Shown one piece after another: positions 61,231 to 64,000 of a stretch of 64,000 nt of DNA. The notes below the pieces were generated by a model, which was given only the letters and a program-made list of their open reading frames with translations, was not told where the DNA came from and made no database searches. The DNA lies in NCBI RefSeq assembly GCF_009914755.1, contig NC_060927.1; one strand, written 5' to 3'. The DNA is from the human T2T-CHM13v2.0 reference genome, Homo sapiens. The position numbers and the translations under genes were made by a program. Position 1 is the first letter of the stretch. Every line of letters starts with the position of its first letter.

Positions 61231-62948
61231 TGAACTCCTGGGCTCAAGTGATTTGCCTGCCTTAGCCTCTGAAAGTGCTGGGATTACAAGCGTGAGCCAG
61301 TGTACCAGGCCAACTTTGTATTTTTTTTACCTTAGTAAATTCATAAATTCATTTATTAGTGTTTTTTTTCCCCCCGTGGAGTTTCACTCTTGTCCAGGCT
61401 TCAGTGCAATGGCAAATTTTTAAATTAAGGATTTTTGTGTCTATGTCTGTGGAATATTGGGGTTTTTTTTCTTGGTTATGTTTTATCATGGTTATGCTAA
61501 CCTCATAAAATGAGTTTGGAAGAAATGTCCCTTTCTTCTCTAGTTTGTAAAAGTGTTTATGTAAAATTAGTGTTGATAGAATTCATCAGTAAAATCCCTG
61601 GGCCTGGAACTTGGTGGGAAGGGTTTCGATCATGACTTCAATGTCTTTACTATATAAAGAGCTGCTCAGTTTTTCTTTTTCATTTTGTGTCATTGTTGGT
61701 AAGTATTCTTCAAAGAACATGTTAATTTCATTTAAGATGTCAATTTTATTAGAATTAGGTTATTCATAACATTTTCTTATTTTCCCTTTAATGTCTATAA
61801 GAATTGTAGGGGGTGGTCCATCTTCTACCTCTGTTATGGATAATTTGTTTTCTCTTTTTTCCTAATTGTTCTGTTTTATCAACTTTGTTGATATTTTTAA
61901 AGAATCCATTTTTAGACTTCGTTAATTTTTGCTGTTACTTGGATTTTATTTCTTTCTCTTTTTAATTGTTACTATTTTCTTCTTTTTACTTCGTTTTAAC
62001 TTAGTCATCTTTTTCTAGCTTCCCTTTTTTAGCTGTAATACACGGCAGTGACTAAATTTTTCTAGCGTCTTAGGTTAGATCTTTATGTCATTGATTTTTG
62101 GACCTTTTTTAATATATACATTTATAGTTTTAAATTTTTGTGTAGGCATTATATTAGCTGCATCTCACAAATTATGTAGTATTTTTGTTATTCAGTTCAA
62201 AACATTTTCTAATTTCTCTTTTGATTCCTGCTTTGACACAGGGGTTCTATAGAAGTATGTTCTTTAATTTCTAAATGTATGCTACAAAGAAGGGCATTAT
62301 TGGTAGCTGACAGTTAAGAGAAACATATGGGGGTTCTGGAATCATTCAGTGAATTGCTGTGGGGAGGAATTAGGTGATGGGTCCTGAAGACTCTCTTCTA
62401 CTAAGGCATATAAAGTTTGTCCTGTCAATACTGGAGAGCAGTGATGGGTTTTAAACAAGGTAGGAACTGATCCTGGCAAGAGTTAAGGGATCTGCAAGAA
62501 TTGTGTTATTATTACTGTTGCATAAGGGTGTCAGGAAGCTCATCCTGAGGATGATGGAGTGGAAGGGATATACATTAAGATGCCTTTCCATGTGAGTGAG
62601 GCCCTTCTGATGGGAGTGCTGAGGAGAGGAAGAACTAGAGATTGGACACTGGAGTGGTGATGATGGGAGAGGGTAAAGTGGTTAAGGAAGAGTGAGACGT
62701 GGAGGAAAAGGCCAACAGTCCTACCTTGAGAGGAGTGGGAATGTGGTGCCCCCCACTGGCAAGATGGGGATACAAGAGGAAGAGCACAGAGTACCTGAAC
62801 AGGTGCTGCAAAAGACATCATAGAGATCAAGAGGGGGTCATTAAGGCAGAAGGAAGTTAAGTGTCTGATTTCTGTCAGCAAGATAAGGTATGAGAAATGT
62901 TTGAATTTGGCAACAAGGGAGTTTATATTGCCTGGTATATGTGCATAA

Positions 62949-63308
<360 letters not shown>

Positions 63309-63801
63309 TGAAATCAACATCTTATCAAATTATGAGCCAAACTGAATTAAAATCAGGAATAATCTGTGAATTTTTAATTTATGATTTTGGCAGTTAGACC
63401 CCATAAGCTTTGAAAAGTATTATAGTTATTAAACATGATTATTCATTTTCTTTTTTTTATTTTTTATTTTAGACGGAGTCTCGCTCTGTCTCCCAGGCTG
63501 GAGGGCAGTGGTGCGACCTCGGCTCACTGCAAGCTCCGCCTCCCGGGTTCACGCCATTCTCCTGCCTCAGCCTCCTGAGTAGCTGGAACTACAGGTGCCT
63601 CACAACGCCCGGCTAATTATTTGTATTTTTAGTAGAGACGGGGTTTCACCGTGTCAGCCAGGATGGTCTCGATCTCCTGATCTCATGATCCGCCCACCTG
63701 GCCTCCCAAAGTGCTGGGATTACAGGTGTGAGCCACCACGCCCAGCCATTATTCATTTTCTTGAAACAGTGTCTTGCTGAGTCACCCCGGCTGGAGCGTA
63801 G

Positions 63802-63912
<111 letters not shown>

Positions 63913-64000
63913 TAAAAAAAAAATGTTTTGGCTGGGCGTGGTGGCTCACACCTGTAATCCCAGCACTTTGGGAGGCCGAAGCGGGTGGATCACCTGAGGT

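Overview
Primate (almost certainly human) genomic DNA, very Alu-rich, matching the SLC25A20 / ARIH2OS / ARIH2 locus (3p21.31). Minus strand: SLC25A20 (mitochondrial carnitine/acylcarnitine carrier) coding exon 1 (9695-9799) and exon 2 (2981-3073), with a CpG-island promoter containing a DR1/PPRE. About 19 kb of nearly continuous Alu/L2/MaLR/L1 sequence follows. A second CpG island (about 29.4-30.5 kb) is a bidirectional promoter for ARIH2 (plus strand; non-coding exons 1 and 2, coding exon 3 = acidic N-terminal 85 aa) and the overlapping antisense 290-aa ORF ARIH2OS. The remainder is ARIH2 intron 3. Most interesting observations: (1) several candidate splicing routes (exon 2-3 back-splice, intron read-through, cryptic intron-3 exons) would each release only the acidic ARIH2 N-terminus, and a 46-nt cassette exon supplies in-frame AUGs for the complementary N-terminally truncated ligase; (2) four uORFs in the ARIH2 leader, one ending in an ATGA stop/start overlap at Met5; (3) a near-perfect hairpin with 52-bp arms in intron 3; (4) several templated-insertion scars and nested retroelements. 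Gene and repeat identities are from recognition of the sequence, not from database searches; repeat boundaries are approximate unless target-site duplications (TSDs) are given.
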